A DNA stretch of 63,938 bases, the filler included, from Octopus bimaculoides (taxonomy: Eukaryota): the NCBI RefSeq assembly GCF_001194135.2. It is 6 parts of 6 records of this genome, joined end to end, with 100 filler letters (N's around TTAATTAATTAA, not from the genome) between each part and the next. Parts side by side here need not be neighbours in the genome. Positions count along the whole stretch, not along the records: positions 1 to 31,460 come from NC_068994.1; 5 more parts are not named here. One strand, written 5' to 3'. The position numbers and the translations under genes are program-made. The notes under the pieces are model-generated. The model searched no databases, had not been told where the DNA came from, and saw only the letters and a list, made by a program, of their open reading frames with translations. Below are positions 1 to 13,574 of this stretch, one piece after another; the stretch's first letter is position 1, and each line of letters starts with the position of its first letter.

Positions 1-369
1 TATATATATATATATATATATGTATATCTGGAGATAAAATTAACTGTGGCTGTGACACGTTATCATCACTTTCCTCTGTATGAGAGTAACAGATGAAAGA
101 ATTAGTACAAACAACGGCGCAAATAAGGACGGAACTTCAGGTGACGGACTCTCGTCCACCAGGGCCGGTCGTCATTATACGACTGCCAGAACAAGATGAT
201 TTAATGCGATGAATATAGCTGTCATGCTATGTTATTTTTTGATCAGACCCGACAATGATAAAGGGAAGCCCATAGGAGGATAGAGAAAGACAGTGCATGA
301 TATTTGAATGAAGACGCTGAGGTTAGATATTACGGTTAGATAGACTGTGTAATCAAGTAAGAAAAATAA

Positions 370-2330
370 GTAAGAACAGATGGTTAACAGCATTAGAGCT
401 TGATGAGATTAAGAAGAGGTTGACGATCGAAAACATATTGAGTGAAGTTGAAGTGGCTATATAGAATGTTGAGTTTGTATTGAATGAAGGTGTCCTGGAG
501 AATGAACCTACAAGGCCTGAGCCTTGAAGATGGAGGAATGATCGAAGACATCACTGGTATCATTGAGAAAAATCTGGAAATGAAAGTAAATGAATTTAAG
601 AAAGTGGATAGAATTTTTGGGATGGACTCGGAAGCTGAGTAAAATACAAAAAGAAATTAAGACAGATTAACTGGAACGAATAGATTGATTAAAAACTTGT
701 ATCATGTGCATAGGAAGGGAAGTAGATCTTGAAGCAAATCGCAAAAGAGGAACTGTAGCGAAAGAGACTTGCTGTAAAAGAAGGATAAAGCAATCAATGA
801 ACGACCCACGGAAACATACCAACATCCTGGAAAGAAAGAAACATGGTGAAATCAAGAAGAAGGAGAAATATCAGGAACTAGAACGTAGATATAAGATCAT
901 CAAAAGGGATTAAATTTAGTACTTAAAGAGCTGAAACAAAGACTACAGGCAAAAGCTACAAAAATCAAGAGATATGATCAAAGAATTGAATAATGTAAGA
1001 TCAATGGATTGTTGCAAGAAGTTCAGAAAAAGGATTTATCAATAGCGGAAAGGAAAGGTTAACAACAGTGAGAAACCGGACGCTGAAGAAAGTGGGAGGT
1101 TTTTTAAGTAACATATAGGATAACAGAAAGAATCATGAGAAAGTTGCTGAATGGTTGAAGGAATTAAGGTCGGAGAAAAAGGAAGTGAAACAACAAAATA
1201 AGGATAATATCTGAAATGGCGTAGATTGATTATATGAAAGCTTATGACAGGGTCCGTCATTCTTGGATTTTAGAAAGTCTTGAGTTAGTATAGGTGTCTG
1301 GCAACATTTGAAATTTTATTAGGTGACGAATGATAGAGTACCGAGTTAATATCTTGTGAAACATTTTTGCGAAGGTTATCATCAAGGCATGTTTCAGGGA
1401 GACAGTCTGTCACCATTGATATTTCAGAATTGTATGATACTGCTTACACAGATATTACGGAAAGTGTCATCGGGGTAGACCTTGAAAAATGGGGAAATGT
1501 TAAATCGCCTGTTATATATAGATGACTTAAAGATCTTTGGTAATAGTGAACGTGAAATAAATGGTCTGGTTTCAACAGTAAGGATATCGAGATGGAATTT
1601 GGGATTAAAAAGTGTGGCATACTTATATCCCCACCAAATGGCAAAGTAGTGTTATCTGATGGTGTAGAACTACTCGACCGTGAGAGAATCGTGGATGTTT
1701 GGGTAGATGGATATAAGTATCTGGGTATTTTGGAGTACGACAAAATCAAAGAGAATTAGATGAAGGAAAGCTTTACGCGAGAATACCACAAAAGAACCAA
1801 ATTAATTATGGATAGTAGGCTCAATGGTAGAACAATATCAGCGCAATGAATACATGGGCTGCGATACGCACAGATGTTGTTAGGTAGACAAAAAACGAGC
1901 TTGAGGAAACGAATAGAAAAACCAGGGAACGAATAGAAAACCAAGGAGCTACATTCTAAAAACGATATCGATAAACTGTATGTACATAGATACCAGGAAA
2001 GAAAAAGGTCTCATAGGGTGCAAGGTCTGTTTTCAATGAAGAAAACAGTCTGGGATTATACATCAAACAGCAGATTAAACGTTTGCTTGCTACTGTTAGA
2101 AATAACAACAGCCAATGAAAATTTGATACACCCCAAGAAATTTAAGAAACAAGATGGAGAGCAAAGATTAAACAACTGAAAAATGAAAACGCCGCATGGG
2201 CAATATTTCAGAGAAATGGATGGAAAGGACAAGACCAACACCAATCTGGCGGAGTAGTTTTGGCTGAGAATACGCATAAGCACGAAACACCGCAGTATCT
2301 CAAAGTCTCCTTACATCGGTGAACTAGTGA
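370..2330 (+). mobile_element. Decayed R4/Dong-like non-LTR retrotransposon (RT region, many stops and frameshifts)
   Basis: Manual translation gives RT motifs DYMKAYDRVRHSWILESL (~1228), FQGDSLSPLIF (~1393), LLYIDDLKIFG (~1510), DIEMEFGIKKCG (~1584), YKYLGILE (~1712) and PHGQYFREM (~2191), in the order typical of R4/Dong-type elements. Confidence 0.85.
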
Positions 2331-3402
2331 ATCGCATGTATTGTGAATACAAAGGAAGAGGTGTTCTCTGTTGGCAAAAAGCATTGTGATCAGCGGTTCA
2401 TATTCGTATCTAGTTGAGAGTATGAAGAATGAAGATATCTCATAGATAAAATTAAAAAAAATTAGAATGGAAGTTTATAATTAAAATTGAAAAGGATTAA
2501 AAAAAACTGAAAATTTAAAATATTTGAGAGAAATAAAAATTAAAAATTAAGGAGAAATTTACAAGGATTTCTAAAAAATTCACTGATGAAGTACGCACAT
2601 AACATTTTAGAATTTAAGGTTTAAATAGTTAAGTTTAGATATTAATTTCTGAATTTAAAAACAAAGGTATAAAATTTTAAATTTACAGTTTAACAAGAGT
2701 TTTTATGAAAATATCTAAAGAAAATTTGTAAAGACGGTAAAGCTTCCACTGGTTTTAAGAATCAAGATTGTAGAGTTTTTAAATGCTTACAGAGGCAGTT
2801 CAGGTAAAAAATTATAAAATATACAAGAAAACAAACATACTAGAATATAGCATATAACGATATAAAAATGTCAAATGTGAAAACAACAAACAATTGAGAG
2901 ATCCAAAATCTGAGCTTAAGAGGAATAAAATTAGAAAGGATAACGTATAAATGATTCAGTTAATAACAAATGGAAAATCTAATTGAGAACATTGTTGGGT
3001 TTGAATAGGTTTGAAGTATAAAAAAAAAAAATCAGTATCGTTATTACTGAATTAGTGTTAAGAATTGTCGAGATTACTTTCTCCTACGTAAAATTCAAAA
3101 ATAATTTCCACTATGTATTAAACAATGGGGAATTACTTGGGATCAAACAGTAATTTTTCATTAATGATTGCTATGTTATAGTGAAGATAAATGAAATAAA
3201 GTTGGGTAGGTAAAGAGAGAGGATGAATGCAATCGTCGAAAAAATTTTACTTTAATGTAATCTTACCGAAAGTTCTATAATTTTTGTATGACCATATAAA
3301 TAATACTTTGTTACACTTGTGTATCAGATTATTTTTATGCCGGGGTGGGGGGGATTTCTATTGACTCTAATAGACAAAAATTGCTTGAGATAATTACTTC
3401 GC

Positions 3403-3620
3403 AAGGCAGTGAGCTGGCAGAATCATCAGCACACGAGACGAAATGTTTTGCGGTATTTCGTCTGTCTTTATGCTCTGAGTTCACATTCTGACAGGGTCAT
3501 CTTTGTCTTTTATTCTTTCAGAGTTGATAAAAGAAGTACCAGTTGAGCACTGGAGTCGATTTAATCAACTTAGCCCTTCCCCGAAAACTGCTGACCTTGT
3601 GCTCAAATTTGAAACCAATA
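3403..3620 (+). mobile_element. SINE family B copy (tRNA-like head, AAGTACCAGT...TGGGGTCGAT core)
   Basis: Same sequence recurs at 19008, 46130, 46420, 50845 and 54275-54850. Confidence 0.75.
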
Positions 3621-3999
3621 AAGCATAAACGCACTTCCTTTCACCAGGGAAAAGCTGTTCTAATCACAGAATAAAATATTTCGTAGCCGATTTCATTCCT
3701 TTTTAATCTATTCATACAATGTCTTTTGCTTATGGAGTTGCTTGAATGAGTGGACGTGATTAACCAGTTATTTAACAAGGCCGATAGTTGTGGCTCCAAA
3801 GTTGGAGATATTATTCATCGTATTTTCAATAAATAGTTTCTCACGCCAAATACGCGACTTGTCGTTTTGAATGTTTGTATGGATGTATGTATGTATGTAT
3901 GTATGTATGTATGTATTTATGTGTGTGCATGTATGTGCGTGTGTGTATGTGTGTGCATGTATGTATATATTTTTACCTCTTAATTGGTTAATTTTTACA

Positions 4000-4850
4000 C
4001 ACACCTATATGTCTCGAAAAATTTACCCTTTTCAGTAAGTATCATACTTTAAAGAACGCAGGCTTTCATTTGGTCAGTGAAACGCGTTCGTGTTCCTGTT
4101 TGACTGAATTTATAAGCAAGAAAGATGTGATGGGAAAGCAGTAACTGCGGCATTCCTCGTGTGATAACGAACTCGTTGTAATACTGTCGTTTATATATCG
4201 ATAGCCAACAAGATCCTTAATATATCCTTACATTACTAAGTCCTTACATTACTATGTTCATCTTTGATAAATATATCTTTTCACAATTTACAACGTAACG
4301 ACATGTAAGAACATGTAAGAAGGCTGACTGAGTTACTTAAGATTGCCGATCGATAATTTTTACGCCCACAATAATCGATAGTATATTGCAGGAGAAGAAA
4401 TCTTGCACATTTGGTTTATTGATCCAACCAAGAATAGCTCATCTTAATTTAAAGGCGCCGGTTTATTTGTTTCCAGAAATGATGTAAAGAAGCAAATCAC
4501 CCCAATTTTTCTTTCAACAAACATGTGATCTACCCGAAATCATTCAGAGTTCTTAAAATGACCACTTTTATTGCATCGAATGTTCTTTTTATAACCATTT
4601 CAATGAAAAAGGAAGTAAATGCACCATTATCTTAAATATTGCATCAGGTAAGATCTGAGCTGTGACCATTCGAGTATCCATTTAGATATAATGCATTATA
4701 CAATGAAGTCCTAGACAACATTACAAAATGAGTATCTCTTTTTTAAAGACAATAGGGTATCTTTGAAAGAAAATTTCTTTGCTATTTCTTCAAGCAGCCA
4801 CGTACAGGGTCCTTTAGTGGCTCGTTATCTTAAATGACGATGTATTTGGT
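4000..4850 (-). mobile_element. Highly decayed Tc1-like transposase fossil
   Basis: Minus strand has DNGA (4625-4640, QDNA-like) followed by a frameshifted RSPDLNPIENLWG-like remnant (~4500-4535). Boundaries approximate. Confidence 0.4.
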
Positions 4851-5046
4851 GTTGATGTTCAAGATGAATTCATAGCATCCTATTAACCTTGGAATATACT
4901 AATAATGATTTCATAATTAGGTGTTGCATTTTAGGCAAGCAACAACATCTTCCTCTAATAAGTATCTATATATATAGATGCTTATACATACATACATACA
5001 TACATGTATGCATACATACATATATTTATGAACATATATATATATG

Positions 5047-5113
<67 letters not shown>

Positions 5114-5613
5114 ACATGTGTACATTTATGTGTATGTATGTATGTATGATTCGGGCATTGGAAAGTTGTTCACATTACACTATCTGGCTGACTGCTTGTT
5201 TCACCTCATGATGCTTCAAAAGATAATTTTCTTGGAAGCCTTTGGAATTATCTCTAAGGAATATCGTAAGACAGAATTAAATAGTAGGAGTTAGTGCGAA
5301 GAGAGCTTCAGCTATTGGGTGAAGTAGCGATTGCCTGTGTTAATGTGCGTGTGTGAGTGTATGTGCGTGTGTGCGCGTGTGCTTATTTGTGTGTGCCTAT
5401 GTGTGAATGCTTATGTGTGTGTGCCTATGTATACGAGTGTGTGCGAGTGTCTCTGTGTGTACGTGTGTCTATATGTGTGAGCATGTGTGTGCGTATATGT
5501 CAGTGAAACGAGCGGGGCACGCAATCTCTGAAAAACGCGATAGAATGAAGCGAACAGAGAAAATTTGATGAAAGAAGTGGAGTGTAAAGAATGACGAGAG
5601 ATAATTGATAAAT

Positions 5614-5615
<2 letters not shown>

Positions 5616-5709
<94 letters not shown>

Positions 5710-5760
5710 ACTTACACACACACACATACACGCGCGCGCGCACACACACACACACATACA
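5616..5760. repeat. (CA)n microsatellite, representative of dozens of (TA)n, (CA)n, (GA)n, (TACA)n, (GATA)n, (TAT)n and (GAT)n tracts
   Basis: Directly visible; these tracts generate most of the spurious ORFs in the track. Confidence 0.98.
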
Positions 5761-6307
5761 CACGTACTCACACACACATACATGCACGCGCACATACATA
5801 CACACACAATCTCCCACATACACATATATACACATGTGCATATATACATATATCGTGGTGCTCCAGCACAACCGCAGCCACTTGGCTGAAACGCATAGAT
5901 AAATAAATATATGTTTACATAAGTGGATATATAAACATATATAAATATAAAAATACATGCATGCATACTGGCACATGCACATGTGTGCGCACGCACATGC
6001 ACATGTGTGTATTTCGTGAAGGTACAATTAGCAGTGAAGACTAAAAGAAGCTACGTAGATTTAACATACTTAAATGTAAGAAAAATTCCGCTGTGGCTAT
6101 TACCTCGGTTGATGAATTCTTCTTATAGTTTATGTATCGATAAGCATAAATGGGCTGTAAGTGACATCAGCGAACATTAAGAAAATGTCATAGCGTGGTT
6201 ATGCTCCATCAATTATAGACATCAATTTGGTCGTTCAGGGCTCACGAAGAACGGCCGTTCTTATATGTAACTATCAAAAATCCATTTGCTGGCGTGTACT
6301 AAGCTTT

Positions 6308-6316
6308 GTCAAGGTG

Positions 6317-6366
<50 letters not shown>

Positions 6367-6580
6367 CCACCATTTAACGTCCACTCTCCATGCTGGCAAG
6401 AGTTAGATGGTCTGACGGAGCTGATAAGTTGGAGAGCTGCACCAAGTTCCAGTCTGATTTGGCATGGTTTCTACGTCTGGATGCCCTTCCTAACGCCAAC
6501 CGATTCAGGAATGTAATGGGTGCTTTTACGTACCACCAGCATGGGTGCTATTTATATGACACTGGTAACAACCACGGCTA
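6308..6580 (-). mobile_element. SINE family C copy (GTTAGGAAGGGCATCCAG core, (ATG)n tail)
   Basis: Homologous to 60238-60432 (-) and 62300-62530 (+); (CAT)n tract at 6317-6365 is the tail. Confidence 0.75.
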
Positions 6581-8393
6581 CGATTCACGGGTGCTATTTT
6601 GAGTAATAATTCTTTCCGTCCAAAAGCATAACATTTTCGCGCCTTTAATGGTAATATTGTTAATTTTGATTCCGTCAACAGCAAAGGCTGCTGGGAATGA
6701 TGAGCAAACGTAAAGGACGGTGACGAAAACAAACATAACACAGGTTGTTTGTAGGAAGGTAAATATACAGACAAAATAAAAGTTGTATGGCTGTGGGACA
6801 TTATAAGGATAAGACCTGTGTAGAAGTAGTGCAATGGAAAATGACGTTCTATAGAGTTTGAAAAGGAAAGTGGAGAGATGGAAAGATAGAAGGAAAGGTG
6901 GAAAAAACGAGCACGGTGTTGAAAGAAAGGCGAAAGCGAGATTCACAGAGAAGCATGGCTAAATAGGTCAGCGGTCAGGCAAAAACAAAGACAGAAAGGA
7001 GAAGTGAGATGGTTACATGGTACCGAGAAGGGAGTGGAGGGAGGAAATAGGTACTGAAGAGCAAAAAAAAAAAGGCCAAGGTAGAGATGGAAACAAAGTA
7101 AAAGGAGAAAAGAGACAAATAGAAAGAAATACAGGAGATAGAAAAGTTAACAAAGAGAAAGATAGAGAATAAAGGAGGGATGCGCAGAACAAGAGAGAAG
7201 GATGGAGGATAGTAAAGTGATAGGAATACACAGAAAAAGCAGCACAGAAGGGTGAAGTGGCGAGAAAGAAAAGATATGCGCACACACGCACGAGCACGCA
7301 TACATATATTATTGACTACACATACTCAATGTTCGTGCTTTGCCTGTGTGCCGGTAGGTTACCATTAGCATAGTGTGAATGATTCCTTTAAAATCTGAAA
7401 GTCGTAGACAGACAAAGTGTTTTCATACCTGGCGCTTTGTAGGAGTCATCCCCGCCGTGCTAATTCGCAGCCTACCGGTAAACAAGCTCTGTGTGCTCGA
7501 TAATGTTTACAAAACTAGTGCTGCTTCTAATTTATATTTCAATATACATACATAGATACATACATATATACATAGATATGTACATATANNNNNNNNNNNN
7601 NNNNNNNNNNNNNNNNNNNNNNNNNNNNNNNNNNNNNNNNNNNNNNNNNNNNNNNNNNNNNNNNNNNNNNNNNNNNNNNNNNNNNNNNNNNNNNNNNNNN
7701 NNNNNNNNNNNNNNNNNNNNNNNNNNNNNNNNNNNNNNNNNNNNNNNNNNNNNNNNNNNNNNNNNNNNNNNNNNNNNNNNNNNNNNNNNNNNNNNNNNNN
7801 NNNNNNNNNNNNNNNNNNNNNNNNNNNNNNNNNNNNNNNNNNNNNNNNNNNNNNNNNNNNNNNNNNNNNNNNNNNNNNNNNNNNNNNNNNNNNNNNNNNN
7901 NNNNNNNNNNNNNNNNNNNNNNNNNNNNNNNNNNNNNNNNNNNNNNNNNNNNNNNNNNNNNNNNNNNNNNNNNNNNNNNNNNNNNNNNNNNNNNNNNNNN
8001 NNNNNNNNNNNNNNNNNNNNNNNNNNNNNNNNNNNNNNNNNNNNNNNNNNNNNNNNNNNNNNNNNNNNNNNNNNNNNNNNNNNNNNNNNNNNNNNNNNNN
8101 NNNNNNNNNNNNNNNNNNNNNNNNNNNNNNNNNNNNNNNNNNNNNNNNNNNNNNNNNNNNNNNNNNNNNNNNNNNNNNNNNNNNNNNNNNNNNNNNNNNN
8201 NNNNNNNNNNNNNNNNNNNNNNNNNNNNNNNNNNNNNNNNNNNNNNNNNNNNNNNNNNNNNNNNNNNNNNNNNNNNNNNNNNNNNNNNNNNNNNNNNNNN
8301 NNNNNNNNNNNNNNNNNNNNNNNNNNNNNNNNNNNNNNNTATATATATGTATATACCTGTTTGTGTATGTATGTATGTATGTATGTATCTATC

Positions 8394-8457
<64 letters not shown>

Positions 8458-8461
8458 CATA

Positions 8462-9620
8462 CACGAGGTGGTATCAAAACCTTCCTAGACTAATTCTGTA
8501 GGGCGCCAGTAGATGGCAGCACACAGTTGCGTGCGCAGTGAGAGCTAGCAGGGACCTTCATGAGGCAATGTGCCGAATGACATCGCTGTATTTACGTCGC
8601 AATGTATGAAATTTGTATTTTTGTGATCACGTGTATGCTGTAGTCTGCGATTTTGTCTCGGAGAGGAAGTTGGAACAAACAGCCAACGTGAAATTTTGCG
8701 TTGAACTTAGGACGTCTGCTTCAGAGACATTGTGCATGCTTCGGCAGGGTTATGGTGACGACGCAATTGGTCGTATACAATGTTTAGAGTGACACGGACG
8801 CTTCAAAAGTAGAAGAACGTCCCTAAAAGACGATGAGCGATCTGAAAGACTTATCACGAGAGTCACTTTCCGAAATGTGGAGAAAATTCATCAGCAGGAG
8901 GATCGTCGTAGGTCACTAAAGACATTGCTGATGTTGTTGGTCTGTCGTATGGGTCCGTGCAGGCAATCCTAACGTCTGAATTGAACATGCTTGGTGTCTC
9001 TTCCAAGTTTATCTTTTGCTTACTGATCACTGAGCAGAATCAACATCACATCTCCGCCAGCATGCCGCTGCTACCCCATCCTTCATGTCGAGGATCCTTA
9101 GCGGTGACGAGAGTTGAGTACACGGGTACGACCTTGAGACGAAGCAGCAGTCATCGCAATGGAAGCGGCTTTCATCTCCACGTTCGAAGAAGGCACGACA
9201 GAGCAGCAGTTCAAAATTGAGCATGTTCATCGTTTTTTTCCACATACGCGGTATTTTGCATCGAGAATTCGTCCCCAGGGCCAAACCGTCAATCGAGAAT
9301 TCTACTGCGACGTTTAGAAGCGTTCGAGGGAGGACATTCGGCGAAAGCGACCAGATCAGTTGAGCGCGAAGAACTGGATTTTTCACGACGACAATGCACC
9401 CCTTCACCGAGCTATCCTCCGTGCTTTTCTCAGCAAAAACATGATATCGCTTCCGCACCCGCCCTATTCGCCAGATTTAGCACGTGCAAACTTCCATCTC
9501 TTTACCAAGATGAAAAATGCAGGTCAAAGGTCGTCATTTTAACACCGGTGTTGAGATCGAGAGCGAATCGCAGAAGGTCCTCGATTCACTTACGGAAAAT
9601 GCCTTCCAGGCCGGATTCAT
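8462..9620 (+). mobile_element. Mariner transposon, 5' TIR plus decayed DD34D transposase, 3'-truncated
   Basis: EQTANVKFCVEL...RFKSRRTSLKDDERS, GDES-x-VHGYDLETKQQSSQWK, WIFHDDNAPLHRA, PHPPYSPDLARANFHLF; TIR-like CGAGGTGGTATCAAAA after TA. Confidence 0.92.
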
Positions 9621-9781
9621 ATAAGGATTAATTTGCACGAATTTCTACACGGATATTTACCACTGGAATGAAACTACTCTTCAAGTACTGTTCTCTCTTT
9701 TTTCAGCACATCACACTCTTTACCACTTCATACTAAAAATATCCGCCTATCGATATAATAATAGATTACTATATTTTTTCT

Positions 9782-9830
9782 GTCTCCTATGAAGGGAAGT
9801 ACTGGACCTTCCCAGAAACAGCTGTAAGAC
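9782..9830 (+). ncRNA. Type I hammerhead ribozyme motif with mutated core (HH1)
   Basis: GTCT-CCTATGA-A GGGAAG tactggac CTTCCC A-GAAA-CAGCTG-TA-AGAC: helices I, II and palindromic III intact, GUA triplet, but core reads CCTATGA instead of CTGATGA. Confidence 0.5.
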
Positions 9831-9891
9831 TCTATCCATAAAATTCTTCAACCTTACCTTTGCTCTCTTTATCTTTTTGTTTTTATATATT

Positions 9892-9961
<70 letters not shown>

Positions 9962-10057
9962 TACTTATATATATATATATACACACACACACATAGACGT
10001 GCGCGCACACACACACTCACACTCACTCACTCACTCACTCACACACACACACATATA

Positions 10058-10660
10058 TTGGGTTATTCCATAAATAATGCGGTTTTTTAAAAATACTTCT
10101 TTTATTTTCAAAATTGAGATAAACAAAGATCTTTTTCAATCTAAAATATACTCTCCTTCATTTTCTACAATGCTCTTCCATCTATCTAGTAGATTTGCAA
10201 GGCTCCTCTTCCAAAATTCACTTATCCATGACGAAAAATACTCCTCCAGTACTGTTCTGACCTCGTCTACAGGATTCACATTTTTCCGTCCTAATGAGTT
10301 TGAAGGCTGCGGAACAAATGATAATCAGATGGGGCAATGTCCAGCGAATATGGTGGGCGAATCATCGTTTCCAATTCAAACTGCTCCAGTCTTTGGAATG
10401 TCATCCTCGCTGTATGTGGGCAAGCATTATTCTGATGGAAGAACGCCTTTCGTCTTGAAACGAAAGATTGTCGTTTTTCTTCTAGCGCTGACTTAACCCG
10501 CTCAAGCTGCTCGCAGTAGTTCTTTGTTATCGTTTGGTTTGGATTTAAATGTTCAATGTAGATTAAAACTTTCATATCCCAGCAAACAGATAACAACACC
10601 TTATGTGAGTGAAGGCCCTACTGTCTTCGGCGCTTGACATTTTTATAGAGAACCCATTTC
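10058..10660 (-). mobile_element. Mariner transposon 3' half with TIR
   Basis: ORF 10291-10599: MLLSVCWDMK...FFHQNNACPHTA...PPYSLDIAPSDYHLFRSL; terminal TTGGGTTATTCCATAA next to TA at 10056. Confidence 0.88.
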
Positions 10661-10689
10661 TCGTCACCATTTTAGAACCGATAGGCAAC

Positions 10690-10830
10690 GAATTTAGTCG
10701 TCACTAAAGTCATGGAGGGTGATAGTAAGCACCAGCATTTCGATAAATAAGAGTCAAAGCAACTCTTATCCAGGTAAGTGCAATGTTTTTTACGGCTGGC
10801 AAGGGAGACAGGCTACCTCCCTACGACAAG
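10690..10830 (+). mobile_element. Short CR1/Jockey-like RT sliver
   Basis: Frameshifted VVTKVMEG...KQLLSR*VQCFLRLARETGYL resembles the RT segment VISKVME...LLSDxQYGFRxxRST. Confidence 0.35.
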
Positions 10831-10837
10831 TGAGATG

Positions 10838-10887
10838 GAATCATATCAGCGCTGATTTCAAATTTAATCAATCTTCATCAGTGACCC
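10838..10887 (-). ncRNA. Type I hammerhead ribozyme motif (HH2)
   Basis: Minus strand GGGTCA-CTGATGA-AGATT gatta AATTT-GAAA-TCAGCGCTGA-TA-TGATTC: intact core, perfect palindrome ATCAGCGCTGAT as helix III, AUA triplet, helix I with two G-U pairs. Confidence 0.8.
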
Positions 10888-12272
10888 ATTACTCTGTCAC
10901 CGAAGGTTAAAGAACCTAAGTCACCCTGTCAGCCTCATAGAGCACACCATAGGAAACATCGACTGATTTCGAAAATGGTGAAGTGAGAATTATAATTTAT
11001 GAAGATATATATATANNNNNNNNNNNNNNNNNNNNNNNNNNNNNNNNNNNNNNNNNNNNNNNNNNNNNNNNNNNNNNNNNNNNNNNNNNNNNNNNNNNNN
11101 NNNNNNNNNNNNNNNNNNNNNNNNNNNNNNNNNNNNNNNNNNNNNNNNNNNNNNNNNNNNNNNNNNNNNNNNNNNNNNNNNNNNNNNNNNNNNNNNNNNN
11201 NNNNNNNNNNNNNNNNNNNNNNNNNNNNNNNNNNNNNNNNNNNNNNNNNNNNNNNNNNNNNNNNNNNNNNNNNNNNNNNNNNNNNNNNNNNNNNNNNNNN
11301 NNNNNNNNNNNNNNNNNNNNNNNNNNNTATTTGGGTGATGTTGATATATTGGTTTATGTATTTAAAGGCAGCTGGGTACATTGTGGGAGCTTATACTGAG
11401 GCGTGTCTTAGTGGCTTTCTAAATATTTTTAAGAGCTCAAAATTTCGGTGCAAGTATATGAACATGTGTATGTGTGTGTGCGCACACTCATGCGCGCGCG
11501 CGTGTGTGTGTGTGTACGCATATGTATATGTCTGTGTATGTGCTTGTATATTTCATTTTTTTTATTGCGTTTGATGGAATTTTAATTTAACCGTGTCAGT
11601 GTTTGAAGCTTTTGATAATGGAAGGTAAGTTTTGGAAAATGCAAAAGAAGACTCGTTGAAAATTTAGTTCGTTGACAGAGCTGAAAATAATTATTCTCTT
11701 AATGGAATTGCAAAAGATAAATAGATGGACAGAGAAAGAGAGAGCAAGGGAGAGAATGTAATGGAGAGCAAGAGAGAGGGAGAGAGAGAGAGAGAGGAAG
11801 TGTAAAGAGAGAAGGTAAGAGTGAATAAAAGCTATGAAATATATTTTAGCAGAAGCATAGCATTTCTTTTGTACAACTTTTGGAATGTACGTGTGTGTGT
11901 GTGTGTGTGTGAATGAGTGAGTGTGCTGCGTGTTGTATCTGCCTCCAAATGTCCCAGCAAGTGTTTTATGAAATGATATATATATGTACATTATGTTATA
12001 CCTTTAACTCAAATTTATTATTCTTAATTTATTTGTATGTTATCGGTTGAAATAATATATTTGTGTATAAATTTTTATATTATATGTTCTATATCTTGCA
12101 TCTTACTTCTTATATTTTCTTATTCTTTTATTTATTTTATTTTTCTTACGTTATTCTTATATCCCTTTATTTCTTATGTTAGGTGGATTATGTTGTATTT
12201 CTTATATATGATCATTGAGGGAGTGTGGTATGTTGAGTCGTTAAGCTAACGTTTTTTTTTATTCTATAACTA

Positions 12273-12341
<69 letters not shown>

Positions 12342-13056
12342 TAACTTGCTGCTTGCAATAGAAGCAAGTAGAATACACATCCAAGGTAATTCCTCATGTA
12401 TGACAAGTAGATCCAAATATCATTCAGGAGCGTTTCGAGAAATTTAGAGTATTAGACAACAAAAATACGTATAGAGAAAATCACTTTTTTAATTGTAGAA
12501 TTCACCTTACAAAGTCGACAATTTTTTCTGTCGTATCGACATATTTGGATACAAAAAATATCATTAAAATTCATATTTCCGAAAATACGTGTTAACACAA
12601 CGTTGAATAGATGATCAAAAATTAGTTAAATTCAAAGTGAACTAAATGAAATATTTCCAGTTTACGAACGCATGCAAAAAGAAATTTGTGGCAAGGTTTC
12701 ATTGTAAAATTCCCATTAAAATTTAATAAAATTAATTTAGAAATAATTATTTAGTACATTTCTTGAAGGCAAAGATCACATGTAGAATTTCCAGCATTGT
12801 ACAATGGCACGTAACTAATAATGGACCACTTTAAATCATACTTAATGTTCCTATCTTTTAGATCCTAGTTAGGAGCTTTTCATGTACGATGTTTGAACTA
12901 CTAATGAGGATACCGTCTCGCGGAATGTCTGCTTTGCAAAGCCTCTCTTGGTTTGGCTCAATATATGAAAAAATCGAAAGATTTTCCATAGTATAAGCAT
13001 TTCTCCACGTAAAACTGGGCAATCATGATAATAATTAGTTGAAGCGAATGTAGCAA

Positions 13057-13077
13057 TGATGATGATGATGATGACGG

Positions 13078-13119
<42 letters not shown>

Positions 13120-13195
13120 CGACGATGATGAAGATGATGAGGATAATGATGATGATGATGACGACGACAACAACAACAATAATTATAATAATAAT
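13057..13195. repeat. (GAT)n/(AAC)n/(AAT)n compound trinucleotide tract
   Basis: Directly visible. Confidence 0.95.
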
Positions 13196-13574
13196 AGAGT
13201 TCACAAGGTCAGTAATGCATCCGTACCAAATATTATCTGTTGCAAACCCACAATTAGAAGAGTAGCACCTATTAATGAACACAGCTTGGATTGGAGATAT
13301 GAATTGTCAAAGTACCATCACTGTCCCATAACACAGCTATCATATGTTATGCGTGGTGGTACAATGGAATAGCCAGAAACTAATAGAAGAAATATGAATA
13401 ATCGTAGTAGCTCGACCTCTAACAACAATCGTAATCGCCTTATCTTAGTTCATAATATCGAAAACACTAACTTCGAATCGGGTACTATGATTCACTACAA
13501 CATGATGAGCAGAAATAATAGTGTTTCTTCTATACCTAGTAAATATGATAGGTTATGATAGATATAATTACCTT

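Noticed and set aside
2583-2620. CTGATGA followed by AGTACGCAC
   Set aside because: No helix II closure or GAAA downstream; at most a remnant.
10676-10779. Consensus donor CAG|GTAAGT with upstream acceptor
   Set aside because: All frames contain stops and the region looks like a LINE fragment.
13040-13372. Open plus-strand frame with poly-Asp/Asn followed by about 58 mixed residues
   Set aside because: Kept open by the trinucleotide tract; no start or splice support.
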